A stretch of DNA of 64,000 bases. Origin: Guillardia theta CCMP2712. Taxonomy: Eukaryota > Protista > Cryptophyta. The translations under genes were made by a program, and so were the position numbers. Location: positions 135,448 to 199,447 of the forward strand of contig NW_005434626.1 in the NCBI RefSeq assembly GCF_000315625.1. Reading direction: 5' to 3'. The notes below the pieces were generated by a model, which was not told the origin of the DNA, searched no databases, and was given only the letters and a program-made list of their open reading frames with translations. Of this stretch, positions 11,442 to 24,480 are shown piece by piece. The stretch's first letter is position 1. Each line of letters begins with the position of its first letter.

Positions 11442-14400
11442 CTACCTGCGCCTCTCTTTCATCGTCTTCATCTGCGGCATCCGAAGCTCATTTGCTTGAC
11501 TCCGAGACGCTTCCAGCAGCAGCTGTAGGCTTCTGTTCCGTTTCATCGCCTCCTGGTGCTGCTGCTGCATCATCCGCAACCTCACGCTCGTAATGTGGGT
11601 CGCCGCGAGCTCTTGCTCCCTCTTCGCCATCGCCCTGTGGCCACGTCACCAGCAAATCAACAAAAGCTTCTTGCACTCACAACTCGTCCGCTATCCGACC
11701 TCCCACCTTCCTCGCCTTCACCTCCAGGTCCTGCTCAGCTGTCACCTGCTGGTTCATGCGCATGGGAGATGACCTCGAGAGCATCGTGCTCCTCCTCTCC
11801 TCTCCCTTCCTCGAGCTCGTAGTGAACCCCTCTCCTCGCCACCTCCTCCATCTTTCGCTGCAGGTCGTTCTTCTCCTTCTTCAGGGCCTCCAGCTCCTCC
11901 GTCAGGTTCTCCACCTGGTTCGTTAGCTGCACTTGCAGGGAGTCCTTCACCGACCCCTTCCACAGCGCCAGCGCCCATGCGACCGACTGATTCTGCCAGC
12001 GATACTTGACGCGCTCCAAGCGCTGAGCAGTGGAGGGGCGCTGACGAGACTTGTAGGAGGAGAAACGGCAGTCGGCGACAGAGACGTCAAAGTCGGAAGG
12101 GTCGCTGGAGATGAAGGTGAGGAGGAGCAGGTTGGCATCTCTTACCAAGCTGTCCGCTATGAAGCGTGAGAGCGCTGAGTCTCCCAGCGAGGCCATCGGG
12201 TCGCTCTGCTTGATGTGCTTGCGCTCAAGAAACTTCATGACGGCGACCAGTGACTGGTCGTGCTCCTCCACGAAGCTCGTCGCCTCCGATGCCACATCCT
12301 CCCTCTCCGCTGCGTTCCCCAGCACCACCACCCTAAGAGTGCCGATCTCTCTCGTCCCGTCTACCTTAGACTTGCGAACCAAGGTCATGCTCAGCACCCT
12401 ATGCGGGTGTTGCACCAGCTCGCCCTCAGATGTTCTGCTTCCTGTCTTCGACAGCCTCTTTGCTCGCGCGACTTTCTCACTCGCACGTCTGTCCAGCTCC
12501 TCCTGCTCCAGCCTCAGTCGCCCTGCTGACTTGTCGAGTGCCTCTTGCAAGCTTTCTAGCACACTTTGAATCTGCTCGCCGATTTCTTGTCCAAACTTTT
12601 CCTCCTGCTCCTCCTGCTCCTCCTGCTCCTCCTGCTCCTCCTGCTCCTCCTGCTCCTCGTCATCGTTGTTCGAGGCATCGTCATGATCTTGTGGCTGCTC
12701 CTTTGCATCGTCTGTCGATTTGTTTCCGCGCTCTCTGAGCATGTCGCTCAAGGTCACAAGCGACTCCAGAGCGTTGGGAGGCTCCGCGGCCTTGCCGGGG
12801 ATGAAGTTGACGACTTGCTCTTGGTACACCTGCCAAAGTATCAGAGCTGGATGCTCAGCTGAGAAAGACAAGTCTGCCTCAGAGAAATCGACCAGCAGCT
12901 TCACTTGCTCTTCCTCTGCTTTGCCTGACTCCAGCAGACCCGCGAGCTTGTCCATGTAGAGGTCGTGCATGTACCTGACCACCAGCGGAAAGAGCCCCGA
13001 CTCACTTGCCTGCTGCTTCCTCCTCGACGCCTCTGCTGCCATGCCGGTCGCAAACTTTTGTTTCCCGCTGTTGCGTCCCCCGTGAATGATGAGGCAACAA
13101 GACTTCCAGAGGAGGATTCTAGACATGTGGGGGAGGAGCTGGTGGAAGATGTCTTCATCGGAGATCTCGGGCCCCATCACTCTGTCGAAGTCAAACACCT
13201 CGAGCATGCCGCGCCTGTTCTCGAACCCCTCCCTCAGCTTCATCATCAGCTGCTGCCCTGACTCCAGGCGTCGGAACAGCGACGCTTCCTTCTCGGCCCC
13301 AACGACGGCGAAGGAGTGGAAGGAGGCGAAGGTCAGCGCGTCCAACCGATGCTGCAGCAGTCTCTGGGCAGTGATAGCAACCGACAGCGATCGCTCCCCG
13401 TCCCTCAGCTCTGCTGAGGTTCTAGACAAGGTGGAGGCCATGAGCATGGTAGCGCGCTGCAAGTCTCTGATCAGCGGCATAAATATTCCTTCCGAGTACG
13501 CTTTATAGTCAGAAAGCAGCAGCTTCGAAGCTTGCTTCAGCTCTTCCGTGCTCTTCCTGATGTTCTTGACGCTTCCTCCTTTGCTCTTGACATCACCGTC
13601 ACACGAGGACTAAGCAAGCTTCCTCTCTCACCGCTCTCAGCAGCAGTCTCTCAGTCTTGTTCTTGATCGCGCTTGTTTTCTTCTCTGCGTTGTCTGTTTG
13701 CAAACCTCTCCCCTTGGCTTCTAGCTCGACTTTGAGTCGCTCGTTCACCCGCGTCACTTGGTTCAGCTTGTCGACATACTCTTGGGCGAGAAACTCCAAG
13801 TGCGTCACATGGTGGTGGGCCATGGCGACCTCTCGCTCCAGCTTCTCCACCTTGTCACTCTTTTCCCTGAGAGCCGCTAGCTCGGCCTGCAGCACCTCCA
13901 CGCGTCTATCTTCCTCCACCTGCTTCACGTTGAAACTGCTCGCGGAAGAGACCATGGAGGTCTCGATCTTGAGAGAGGCATCACGTCAGAACTTGGCACT
14001 ACAAGGAGCAAGAAGTACCCCCTGTCTCTCGTCTTTGTCGGGTGGAAGAGGGGGTACCGCCTGTGGCACCAGAGCACCTGAAGGTGAAGGCTTAGGCGCT
14101 CTTGCTGCATTCACGTAGCGTCACCAGGTTTAGAATCTTGCTGACTCGCCTCCTCCCTCTTGTCTTGGCTCGCAGCTGGCAGCTCTCGCTGCTGCATCTT
14201 CTTCTCGAGGGCTCGGACTTGCATCTCCTTCTCTCTCATCCTCATCCTCAGCTCCTCGTTGGCTTCCGTCGTCTCCTCTAGCGCTCTCTTGGTTGCCAGC
14301 AGCTGCTCGCATAGCTCTTTGCATTTCTCGCATTCGTTACTTTCACTGTCTTGTCTCTGCAGAAGACCTTTGATGTCTCGGTTGGAAGCAAGAATCTGAT

Positions 14401-14977
14401 GAGTCAAGTCTTCCAACGCTTTCTTGATCTGTTCTGTGTTCTGATCGTTCACCCTTGAGATGGTGGATGCAACAGACTTTGACATCTCTGTGTTCACGTC
14501 TCTTTTTTGGAGGAAAGTTTGAAGCTTCTGAGCAAATCGTTGCTCCTCGTTTTCCATCTCCTTGTCGATGGCGGACAAGGCTGATAGTTCGAGCTCTTTC
14601 ACATCCTCCCGGTACTTGGAGCTGATAGCAGCATCGCCAGAAAAGGATAGAAGCAGCTTGGAGGTCTCGTCTACCTCGTTGCTCTTTCTTCTACCCTTCT
14701 CCTTCTCCTTCTTCTCCACCTGCAGCATGGCCAGCTCTTCATCTTTCGCTTTGAACTCGTCGTACAGCTTCTTGTAGTAGCGCATGCTCGGGTGCTCTCG
14801 GCTAGTCTGCCCTGATCCTTGCTCATAGTAGAACACGTTCCCAGCCTCGTCGACCAGCTCCTGCCATCCTCCCGGCAGTTGAGCGTCGGCAGCCTCCTGA
14901 GCGATCCACAGGTAGCCTTCCTCTTCGATTCCCAGCGCCTCCGCCATGCGCCGCTCATGCACAGACAAGGACGCCAT
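11442..14977 (-). CDS. CEP164-type WW domain + coiled coil + degenerate kinesin-like motor domain, multi-exon
   Basis: N-terminus LGIEEEGYLWIAQEAADAQLPGGWQELVDEAGNVFYYEQGSGQTSREHP resembles the CEP164 WW region. ORFs 14111-15037, 13599-13955 and 11735-13480 join through short GT-AG introns. Kinesin-like strings: VFDFDRVMGPE, IIHGGRNSGKQ, DSALSRFIADSL, LLTFISSDPSDF. Confidence 0.75.
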
Positions 14978-15042
14978 GCAAGGGCCTACCACCGGAGGCG
15001 CAGCAAACTCTCCCTTTTTATTTCTTCCCCGCCCCAACCCAC

Positions 15043-15830
15043 ATGCTGCTGCTGCTGCTGCTGGGGCTGGGGCTGCTGGGGCTGGGGCTGCTGCTGGTGC
15101 TGGTGGTGCTGCTGCTGGTGCTGGTGCTGGTGCTGGTGCTGGTGCTGGTGCTAGTGCTGGTGGTGGTGGTGGTGGTGGTGGTGGTGGTGCTGCTGCTGCT
15201 GCTGCTGCTGCCTGCTGCTGCTGGTGGCTGGTGGTGGTGGTGGTGGTGGTGGTGGTGCTGCTGCTGCTGCTGCTGCTGCCTGCTGCTGCTGGTGGCTGGT
15301 GGTGCTGGTGCTGGTGCTGCTGCTCACGGTGCTGGAGCTGGAGCTGGAGCTGCTGGGGCTGCTGGTGCTGGTGCTGGTGCTGGTGCTGGTGCTGGTGCTG
15401 CTGCCTCCTGCTGGTGCTGCCTCCTGCTGGTGCTGCTGCTGCCGCCGCCGCCGCTGCTACCGCCGCCTGCTGGTGCTGGTGCTGGTGCTGGTGCTGCTGC
15501 TGCTGGTGGTGCTGGTGCTGCCTCCTGCTGGTGCTGCTCCTTCTCCTCCTCTTTCTTTTCCTCCTGCTGCCGCTGGTGCTCCTGCTTCTGCTGCCTCTGC
15601 TGCTGCCTGCACTGCCTGCTACTGTTGCTGCTGCTCATAGTGCTGGTGCTCTTTGCTGGTGCTGGTGCTGCTAGGGCTACTGCTTCTGCTGCTGCTGTTC
15701 ATGGTGCTGCTGGGGCTGCTGCTACCGTCCAGCGTGCTGCTGCCTGCTGGGGCTGTCACTGGGGCTACTTGGGCTGCTGTTGCTGCTCCTCCTCCTCCTG
15801 TTCCTGTGCTGCTGCTGGGGCTCCAGCAAC
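15043..15830. repeat. Imperfect (GCT/GGT)n trinucleotide/hexanucleotide low-complexity tract
   Basis: About 800 bp of gctggt/gct/ggt units upstream of the WW gene. All ORFs across it are low-complexity. Confidence 0.9.
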
Positions 15831-16704
15831 TATTTGTTATCTTGTTATTGATTATCCTCCTTCCTCCCGTCCTCTTATTCCTCCTTTTCCTTTTCACTTG
15901 TGCTCTTAAACCTTCTCTTCGATTTCCTCTTTATCCGACTGAGTTCGGCTTGCTCCTCCCGTCGTGCCTCTCCTGATCTTATTCTTTTATCATATCGCAG
16001 TAATTTGAACTGCGTCTCAGTGTACAATCACTGTGATTGTGCCTAATGAAGTTACAGTTGATCCTTCACCCAGCTTACAATGACTCCCTTGAAACATCAG
16101 TGTCCATAACTTGACACCCGGTCACCCCGTTCAACCGTTGAGAAGTGGTGACCTCCATTAAGTTCCCGGGCCGCGGCCCCCGGGAGTCCGAGTGTCGGAC
16201 TCACTACTACTGGTCACGGCGGGTAGTGACAGTGATGACCGACGCCCGCCGGGCCCGGCGGCCCGGGCCCCCCCGCGACCAGGTCACCTAGGCTAGTACC
16301 GTGACTCTGTGACTCGGCCCGGCCCGGATCATCATCCGGGACTCCCCGGATGATGGTCGAGCCCGGGCCCGCCCAGGTACAAGACGGCGTTGGGCGACGG
16401 CTCTGAGGCCAGCCTGCACTGGGGGTCTGGACAGAAACTCCGGGGCTCCATGCTTGGACTTGCGACCTGGCGCAATGCGGGAGAGGGAGAAGACAAGGGA
16501 GACTGAGAGAGGAGAACGGGAAGGAGATGAGAAAGGAAACTTCGAGAGGAATGAAGTGAAAACTCTCTTTCTTCATCTTGATATCATCACACAAGTTTCA
16601 GTCGGATGGAATTCCGCGGATCCGAGAGCTCGTGGAATAGGATCAAGTGCAATGAATCACAGTGAACGGAGAAGACATACTGCTGTAAGAAGTTGGAAGC
16701 AAAT

Positions 16705-18657
16705 ATGTACATGAGAAATCGAGATATGTTGATGTTCAATTCCTTGCTCGCATCCCTTGTGTTGCTGGCAATCCCTGTACCTTCTACTGCGTCTGCATCA
16801 GCTTCGTTGAAGCGGACTAGATCTCACAAGTCTAGTAAGCCCCCAAAAGGTAAGACGAACCCTATCACAGCGGTAGGTCCAGCAACAGGCATGGAAAGTG
16901 GAGGAGGAGGCGTCTCCTCGACCCTCAGGTCACATCGCGATGTCGACACGTCTGGTGGGTCATACGCGTTCGCGGGAAGGGAGATCTTCATTCCCGGAGA
17001 CTTTGACAGCATCAACGAGGGTCTGACCCAAACAGGGAATGGCGACAAGCTTCACATTCAGAATGGCAGGTCAACTGAACCTCTGACTGTCACAAACCTA
17101 CCCGGCTGATTCCCTTTCAGCTACTCGTTCCACAACATTGCTATGGTCGACCATCGACTGTATGTGACGGGCGAGGAAGACACGTTCGTCATCGGCCCTT
17201 GGAGCCTCAAGAAGATGTCAGGCGGGCTCTTTCAGACGCTCTCACTCGGATACAAGGCGCAGGTGTGACGGGTGACGTGCTTGGAGCAGTTGTTCAGTGG
17301 TGGGTTAGGAAGGATTGAGTCTCCGCTTCTCGTGCATGGCTAGTTTCTCTTCGGCATGGATCTTTGAGGTCTTTATCTGAGACACGCGTAGTGTTTGCAT
17401 GCGCTCCTGATCGCGTCCTCTGTCGCAGGATTGTGAGATCCGAGGAATCCGTTGCCTGGTGTTTGCCATGTTCGAAAAATCTGACATGAAGTTTCTTGCT
17501 TGCAACATGGGAGGAATGAAGGAGGTTCGACCTATCTCACTGACCGTAGTTTGTCCAGTCCTCACATTCCACAGGATGACGACTACTTTGCCATCAGCGC
17601 ACTAATAGCGGACGACCAGTGAGAAAGTTCAGTCTCGTGCTAACCCCTTTCACCCTGAAACAGAAGCAAAGCGTTCCTCTTTCGTTGTCGCCTGGAGAAT
17701 ACCGGAGAAATCTCAGAACGACCTCTAAGAAAGCTCGATGTAAAGGTGCAGTACATGAAATTCTTCGTTGACGAGCTTGTAAGGGGTCTATCATCCTCAT
17801 CCAAGACGACAAGCGGGTAGACCCACTCGCTTATCCTCAACTGCTCGACGAGGTTGTCATTGAAGGAGGAGTGAGGGCAACCGGTTCGTCAGAGGTTCTT
17901 GCTCTCTTCTTCACCTTCTCGCAAATTGACAACTCGACGTGAAAGATTCGCTTGGAGCAGTGCAGCCTGCATAACAACGACGTCTCGCTTCACCTCTCGC
18001 GAAAGGGAAAGATTATCGCGTCCAAGTGTCTTGTCAGGTGTTGCTAACACTTCTTTCATCTCTTAGGATGACTATCAGTCGCTTTGCAAGGTGTGGAGAG
18101 TTCTCCCTATTCAGCGCGTCTGCTTGCATGCCAACGAGTGCCTTGGAGCTTCAAGATTGTGAAATTGTGTGTATCATTGCATCTGTTTGTATCTAGCTGA
18201 CACCGTTGTCGCATTCTGCTGACTTTGAAGAGCGGAAAACCATGGATGAACAGGAATCGACCTCACGCATTCTTGAGGTTCAAAGATGGGGTTGTTCAAT
18301 CACTCTCTGCTCGCATGAGTGACAGCTCAGCGACAGGCAGAGGTGGAGAGCTACATCAACAGCACACGGAAAGAGGAGGAGGTGGGTGAGACTCAGTCAT
18401 CTGATGCTCCAAGACGATCCGAACCCAAGGTCAGCCTGTTCGCCTTCTGGGTTCGGATTGCTCACGCGAGCGAGTGCAGCGGGGCATGCAGACACCGAGG
18501 GTCGAGCGAGAGGAGGAAACATCGACATTGGAATCTTCTTCACCCGAGTATTGTAAGTCTTTTCTCTTGCTTTCCCTCTCTCATTTCCCCTCTCCACTCA
18601 GCAAGCTACGACGTCGCTGGACGCAATGTTTCTCTGCAGGGTGAGCACAATGACTGA
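16705..18657 (+). CDS. Signal-peptide-bearing protein with probable right-handed beta-helix (pectin-lyase-like/CASH) domain, multi-exon
   Basis: Hydrophobic leader (LLASLVLLAIPVPSTASA), then IFIPGDFDSINEGLTQTGNGDKLHIQNGSY...LYVTGE, the typical start of a beta-helix. Later exons have Cys/Asn ladder strings (IRLEQCSLHNNDVSLHL, LELQDCEI). The 3' exons are approximate. Confidence 0.55.
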
Positions 18658-18979
18658 TAAAGCGAGCCTGAGTACGAGAGTAGAGGGAGGGAAGGACGGA
18701 GATGGGGGACGGAGGTAGGTAGGTAGGTAGGGAGCGAGGGAGCGAGGGAGCGAGGGAGCGAGGGAGCGAGGGGAGCTGGGATGGGGGTGAAGGAGAGAAG
18801 CTGACGTACAACTGCCAGATATCAACTCGGCCCTGATGAACATGAATGACGAGCCTGAGAGGAACAATGGCAGGAGACAGAGCAATCCGACTTTGAGGAA
18901 GAGAAATCGAAGGAAATAGCAGCCTGAGCGTTCTGACGCCGCCAGCTTCCCAATCAGTTCATTGGTGACTTCTTCAAGT

Positions 18980-20100
18980 TCCAAGCCTTCACTAAGTTCA
19001 CAACATTGAATTACTACTCAGATTACATTCGGACGGCCGCCGGGTGACTAGTGACTACAGTACTGGGGTGATCGGACCGTCCGGACCGGGCCGGGGGGGT
19101 GACCGGGTCACGGGCGCCGAGTCACTGGCTGAGGGGCCGGGCACTAGTAAGCCAGCTTTACTCAAAGTTAAGTTAAAAATCAGTACGAGGACACGCCTAG
19201 CCGGACGTTCGGGGCCTCGGAGGTGAAGTCACTCAGTACAGATATGGGCTGACCCTAAGCATGACCCTACCCATGTCATTGAATGGGAAAGAGGGGGTAC
19301 CGTACCCTTGTTCATTTCGCTCGAAATACTGCGGTTTCGAAATCAACAAAGTTTCAATATTTGAGTATTTCATGTACCAAATATTATTCTTAATTTTCAA
19401 ATGAAAAGAAAACTTTTGATCGTGTATCAAAATTCATCAAATTTTGTCAAAAGAGCCGAAGGACGGAAGTTTATGATGTAGGTGGACAAATAACCCCTAG
19501 GACCCCTAGGACACCTACCCCTGTAATTGTAGTCCTGGGTAGCCTATATCGTACCCCTACTACCTATACCCAATCTACTTTCAACCAAATACTACCCCCC
19601 ATTCATACTTGAAAACCACCGGTACTCAACAGCTCTAGACTCGTGCTAGACCTACCCCCACGTTCCGTCACTTCTGGGGTGACTATGCAGCCCCTACCCC
19701 TTCTTTTCCCTTCACTCATACGATTTTGGTACACCCATAAGACCAGAACCCTAGCATCGTTGTAGGCTTCCTATACCCCAATCTCACATAACCTGCTACC
19801 CCACCCCCTCTTCCCCAACGCATCCCAGCAACCTCCGATCCGAAATTTCGGACTTGTGGACCCCGTCGGACTACCACCCCACCCCTTCTTCACCCATATC
19901 AACTTGACCGTCGCCCTGGTATTCATCACCTACCCCGCTAGATCCCATCCGACCTCATATAAAACTACCCCCTATCATACCACTTCCGTACCCCACCCCC
20001 GTGTTTCTTACTGTGAAATCTACCCCACCTGGGATTCGGAAACATACCACCCCTCGCAGACCTCCGAGAATCTCAATGGCGCACGACGTGGCTCCGAGAA
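18980..20100. promoter_or_regulatory. Long intergenic module (CCGG block, AT-rich block, TACCC-rich block)
   Basis: ccgg/gagtca/tgact block 19030-19230, AT-rich 19310-19460, dense taccc/cccta motifs 19490-20060. No credible ORF. Confidence 0.35.
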
Positions 20101-20805
20101 CGGAGGCTTCCCGAGTCGTCGCATGGAGGAGGCGAGGGCGAGGCGATGGAGGGGAGGAGGGGGCAGGACCTGACAGCAGATCCCACACTGAAATGCGCAT
20201 AAGCATCTAAGGAGAAGGTCCTGCACAGAGATCTTGTGGCGCATATCTTGTCCATTATAGACCAGCATGGAAGACAGTTACAGCAAGGAAGGTGTAGATA
20301 GACAACTGCCTTTGTGAATGGAGTAGATGATTTCAGAGACATGAGAGTGATATGTTTTCAGCTTTCAGGGGTGCATCACGTGCCTGTTTACATGCGAGTA
20401 GCCCACAGGGTATCCGTAAGAGTTTCACGTGTGTAATTAGATGTTTGTTCGGTTAACTGCTGAAAACAAGCGGAACGGCACGAGTCAGAAGAGTAGTACA
20501 GAGATGAATCGATGGATCGATAAGTATTCAGACACAAGGCATCAGAGAGGATCCTAACGATCTCTCGACTCATCACATAGCCTGATGTACAAGCCACTGA
20601 GTGAAAGTGTGTTTTAGACGTATCGATGATTTTGGTATGTCGAAGATATCTAAGTCGATATTGATCTGCAGTCTCTAACTCGTTGTGGTCACGTCCAGGT
20701 CGATTTGAGTGGAGGCACCAGGCAGAGGAAGTCTTGTCTTGCTGGAACTACTTCTTGAGACTTGCCGCAAGAGCACCTTCCATTTCATGTTTGTGGACAT
20801 TGCTA

Positions 20806-22004
20806 TGCAGAACGCAGCCGAGATGGTTGCTGGGAGCACTACGTTTGCTATGAGCAGTCTCTCGCGAAGAAGGAAGGTGAGGAATGGAGCATGCATCCCT
20901 TGCCGCCATGTCAAGTTGAAGTGTGATGAAGAGAAGCCGTGCCGGAGGTGCATCAGGCACTGGGGTTACCTGCTCGCTCACTCTGTGTGCGTGAGCTGGC
21001 GGGAGGACCTGCGATCTCTCGATGCAGACGCACCTGACGGCGTCACTGTCGGTGAGCAGGCAGATGTCGCGAGTGAAGGAAGAGCGAGGCAAATCCAAAT
21101 GGGAGGCAGAGTAGAGGAGAAGGCGGGAGGTCCGAGTGAAGTGGCCCCTGCCAAGCGACATCAGGTGTCGAGGGCGTGTGAACCCTGCCGAAGGAAGAAG
21201 CTCAAATGTGAGGACACGCGGCCTTGCTCTCGCTGTGTTCGCAAGGGAACAATGTGCTCAGGGCCGATGCTCTCTGCGGACGTCATCGAGGATGACAACC
21301 AGAAGGTCAAGGGGGGGCATGTCAAAGGTGAAGCCTTCGCTATCGGGGAGAACAAGTTCCTTCCGTTCAATGAGTCGCACCTCAACCGCAGGAGAGTTCA
21401 AGTTGCTCAAGCCTGCGTTCCCTGCAAGCGATCCAAGGTGAAGTGCGATGATGTCCGCCCGTGCTCTCGCTGTGTCAAAGAAGGCCCGGTGATGATTCGA
21501 GCCTGCTCACAAGGCCTCGGGAGCTTGGAGGGCTTCCAGGCTCATGTGGTTTCTGCTCGTCCAGTCGGTCGACGAGTTCCCTCAAGCTGTGAGCGATGTA
21601 GACGATCGAAGCTCAAGTGCGACATGGAGCGGCCATGCCGCAACTGCGTCAGCCATGGCGATAGCATTAAGTGCATAGACTCGAGCCTGGCGATCATCAA
21701 TGGAGACACAAATCAAGTTGTGCAAGACCCTCAGAAGCCGCCAACATCCTTCAGCCGGTTGGAGTTGTTGCTGCAGGCGAGTGAGGCCGACTGGTCTGCA
21801 AGCGATGAGGCAGAGAAGGCACGCACGCAAGCAATGGAAGCAGAGAACGCAAGAGCAGCAGTGCCAGCCTCGTCGGATTTGACGATGCTGGAGAAGCTGG
21901 TCAGTCTGACCTCACAACTCGTAGAGGGAAAGTTTGATGGAGAAGGCAAACAAGCTCCTTCAAACGAGCGCCGCATCTCGATATCTCAGATATGTGATCA
22001 ATGA
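20806..22004 (+). CDS. Transcription factor with four Zn(II)2Cys6 binuclear clusters
   Basis: Single long ORF with four C-x2-C-x6-C-x5-C-x2-C-x(6-12)-C motifs (CIPCRHVKLKC, CEPCRRKKLKC, CVPCKRSKVKC, CERCRRSKLKC). The start Met is uncertain. Confidence 0.9.
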
Positions 22005-22209
22005 GCAATGTACATTGATTGAAGCTCATGCTCGCTGACCTTCTACACTAATACGGCGCAACCTCTTGAAGAGGATTTAAGAGGGATCGAAGGAGGGAGG
22101 GAGGGAGGGAGGGAGGGAGGATGCAATGGTTGAATGCATGAATAGGATAAATGAATGAATGAATGAATGAATACTTGATGTTTTCTTTGGTCTCCTATCT
22201 GACGATGTG

Positions 22210-24011
22210 TTAATCTTGTCCATCTCTCCTTGCTTCACTTCGCCTGACTGTCACTTCCTGTTCCATTATGTCACAACGCACATTCCTGATCATCTCACCT
22301 TCGCAAACGTCTCGTTTGACTCCTCAAGTAGCAAGTCAGCCAGGCTGCGCCCAATCTCATGAGCACCTGAAGGCTGAAGGGTGACAAGGATGCGACAACA
22401 TTGGCAGATGACGTGGAGAAGGCGAGAAATGAGCAGCGAGGCGACAAAACAAAGGGAGAAACGAGAAGACAAATGGTTGGCTGGCTTATGTGGTGCAGGA
22501 GGGAAGAGAAGGGAAGAGGAGGAGAGGTAGAATGACACCGATGATGGTGAGGATGACGAAGCAAAGGAAGCGAAGGAAGCAGTGAAGCAAGGAAGCAGTG
22601 AAGGACGACGACGAAGAATAGATCGGGGCTTGAAGGGACAGCGACTGGGGAATGGTGAGGAGGAAGGGGGAAGAGGAGTTCCTCACTGGCTGCTCTGCCT
22701 TGTTCTATCGTCGACTGCAGCCAGTCTGCAAGTCAAGCATCATGATCATGATCATGATCGTCATTATCATCATTCAGCTTGAGGACACCTGCATGAGGAA
22801 GTTGCTTGGCTGTTGCAACAGCGATGTGTTCCCGGAGACCTGGAGTGTCGACCGTCCCCAAACTACGAGATGAAAATATGAACTTGAGCCCTGCCCTCTC
22901 TTCCCGTGTCCTCTCCTCCCCCGCCCCTCTTCGCTTCAGTTCTAGGATGGGCAAATTTCTTGCTCAACGTCTCACCGAACGTAGGCGACATGAACATTTC
23001 TTCCTGCCAGGTCCTCAGTCATTTGCAATGACAACCTGAGGCAACCCATGTTAGAGAGGAGGAGGAGAACATGTCTAACCGATGTAGAGCTTTCTTCGTG
23101 ATGCCGTACGTTCCTGTGCCGAGTTGCACCCTTGTCGCCGCTGGTGAATACAAAGCAGTCTCCTCCGGTCGCTCCTCACCGATCAGCGATCCCTGACCCC
23201 ACGTTCAAGATTCTTCCTCCTCCCTGCGACTCTATCACTCAGGGTCATCGTCCCGTCATCCTCACCTTGGCCTTCTCTAAGAGAGGAAGCAGCTGCTGCG
23301 ACAGAAACAGCGGCGCCTTCTCTCAGGCTGGTCAGAGAGGAAGAGCGACCTGCGGAGGAGGCGGAGGAGACTCACAGTGACATTCACAGCCATAGCCTGT
23401 CAGTCAATCAGAGGAGCGGCAGCTTTCATGTCCTGCACCTCCTCGAAGTCTTGTAAAGTGATATCTTGAAGCCTTAAAAAAGTCAGGTAAAGCAACGAGA
23501 GCAGTCAAAGCAGCTACTGCTGAGGTTTTCACCGGTCTGGAGTGCCAACAGCTGCATTGTTGACAAGAAAGGACAAGGAGGCCTCGCCTTTCAGCAACTC
23601 CACCACTTGTCTCCTTCCTTGGGAAGTCGCGATGTCTGACTGTGTCAAACTTATCAGCACGTGGATGCAGCAGAGGAGCAGCTTCGTTTGTTCCTGCACG
23701 ATCGTGACTCTCCCTGCTTGCAACGACGACTGCTTCTCCTTGAGGACAAGCGATCAGAGGTCACGTGACCCACACCTCAACTCACAGCAGCCTCCTTCAA
23801 CGAGTTGAGTTTGGCTGGGTCTCGACCAACCACTGTGACGGCCACTCCTGAGCACCCCCGGGTCCTTCAGACAAGCTCAACAACTCAGACGTTACCTCGG
23901 CGTGCAAGCTCCAAGCTTAGAGCTGCTCCGATGCCTGGGAAGCAGACCTCATTCCTCGCCTGCCGCTGATGCCCGCTGACCTGACGCGCCTCCTGTGACC
24001 AATGCATTCAT
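22210..24011 (-). CDS. Short-chain dehydrogenase/reductase, multi-exon
   Basis: Exons give NALVTGGASG(IG), FLVNNAAVG, ILNVGSG and the catalytic YGITK (YxxxK) motif. Confidence 0.85.
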
Positions 24012-24126
24012 GTTCTCTGAAACAAGCGAGTGAGAACACACCAAAGCAGGTGAGACATGACGTGAAGATGAATGCGAGATGAAAATGGAAATGATGGAAG
24101 AGGGAGACAAGACAAGCAGGCAAGGG

Positions 24127-24198
24127 ATTGCATGCATGCATGCATGCATGCATGCAACTATGTATCTATTCATGCGTAACAATATATGTGTGCTTGTG

Positions 24199-24238
<40 letters not shown>

Positions 24239-24305
24239 AATGTATGTAGGGGAGGGAGGGAGGGAGGGAGGGAGGGAGGGAGGGAGGGAGGGAGGGAGGG
24301 AGGGA
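24127..24305. repeat. Microsatellite cluster (TGCA)n, (TG)n, (GGGA)n
   Basis: Read directly from the sequence. Confidence 0.95.
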
Positions 24306-24480
24306 GGAGGCGATAGAACTAGGCATGGAAGTTTGTGGCAAAACTTTGCATGTCAACTTGTGATTCAAACTTCCCAAAGTTCAGCACCGCTAATTCCGTC
24401 ATGTTCGGGGCAGCCGCAGCGGCATGGTGAGGATACATTGGGAGGGATGGGGAGAGAGTGGAGGATGTGAAAAGTAGAGG

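Noticed and set aside
14946-15976. Long poly-Leu/Ala/Cys ORFs as membrane or structural proteins
   Set aside because: They arise from trinucleotide low-complexity DNA that is open in several frames at once. The same applies to 35612-36214 and 62515-62727.
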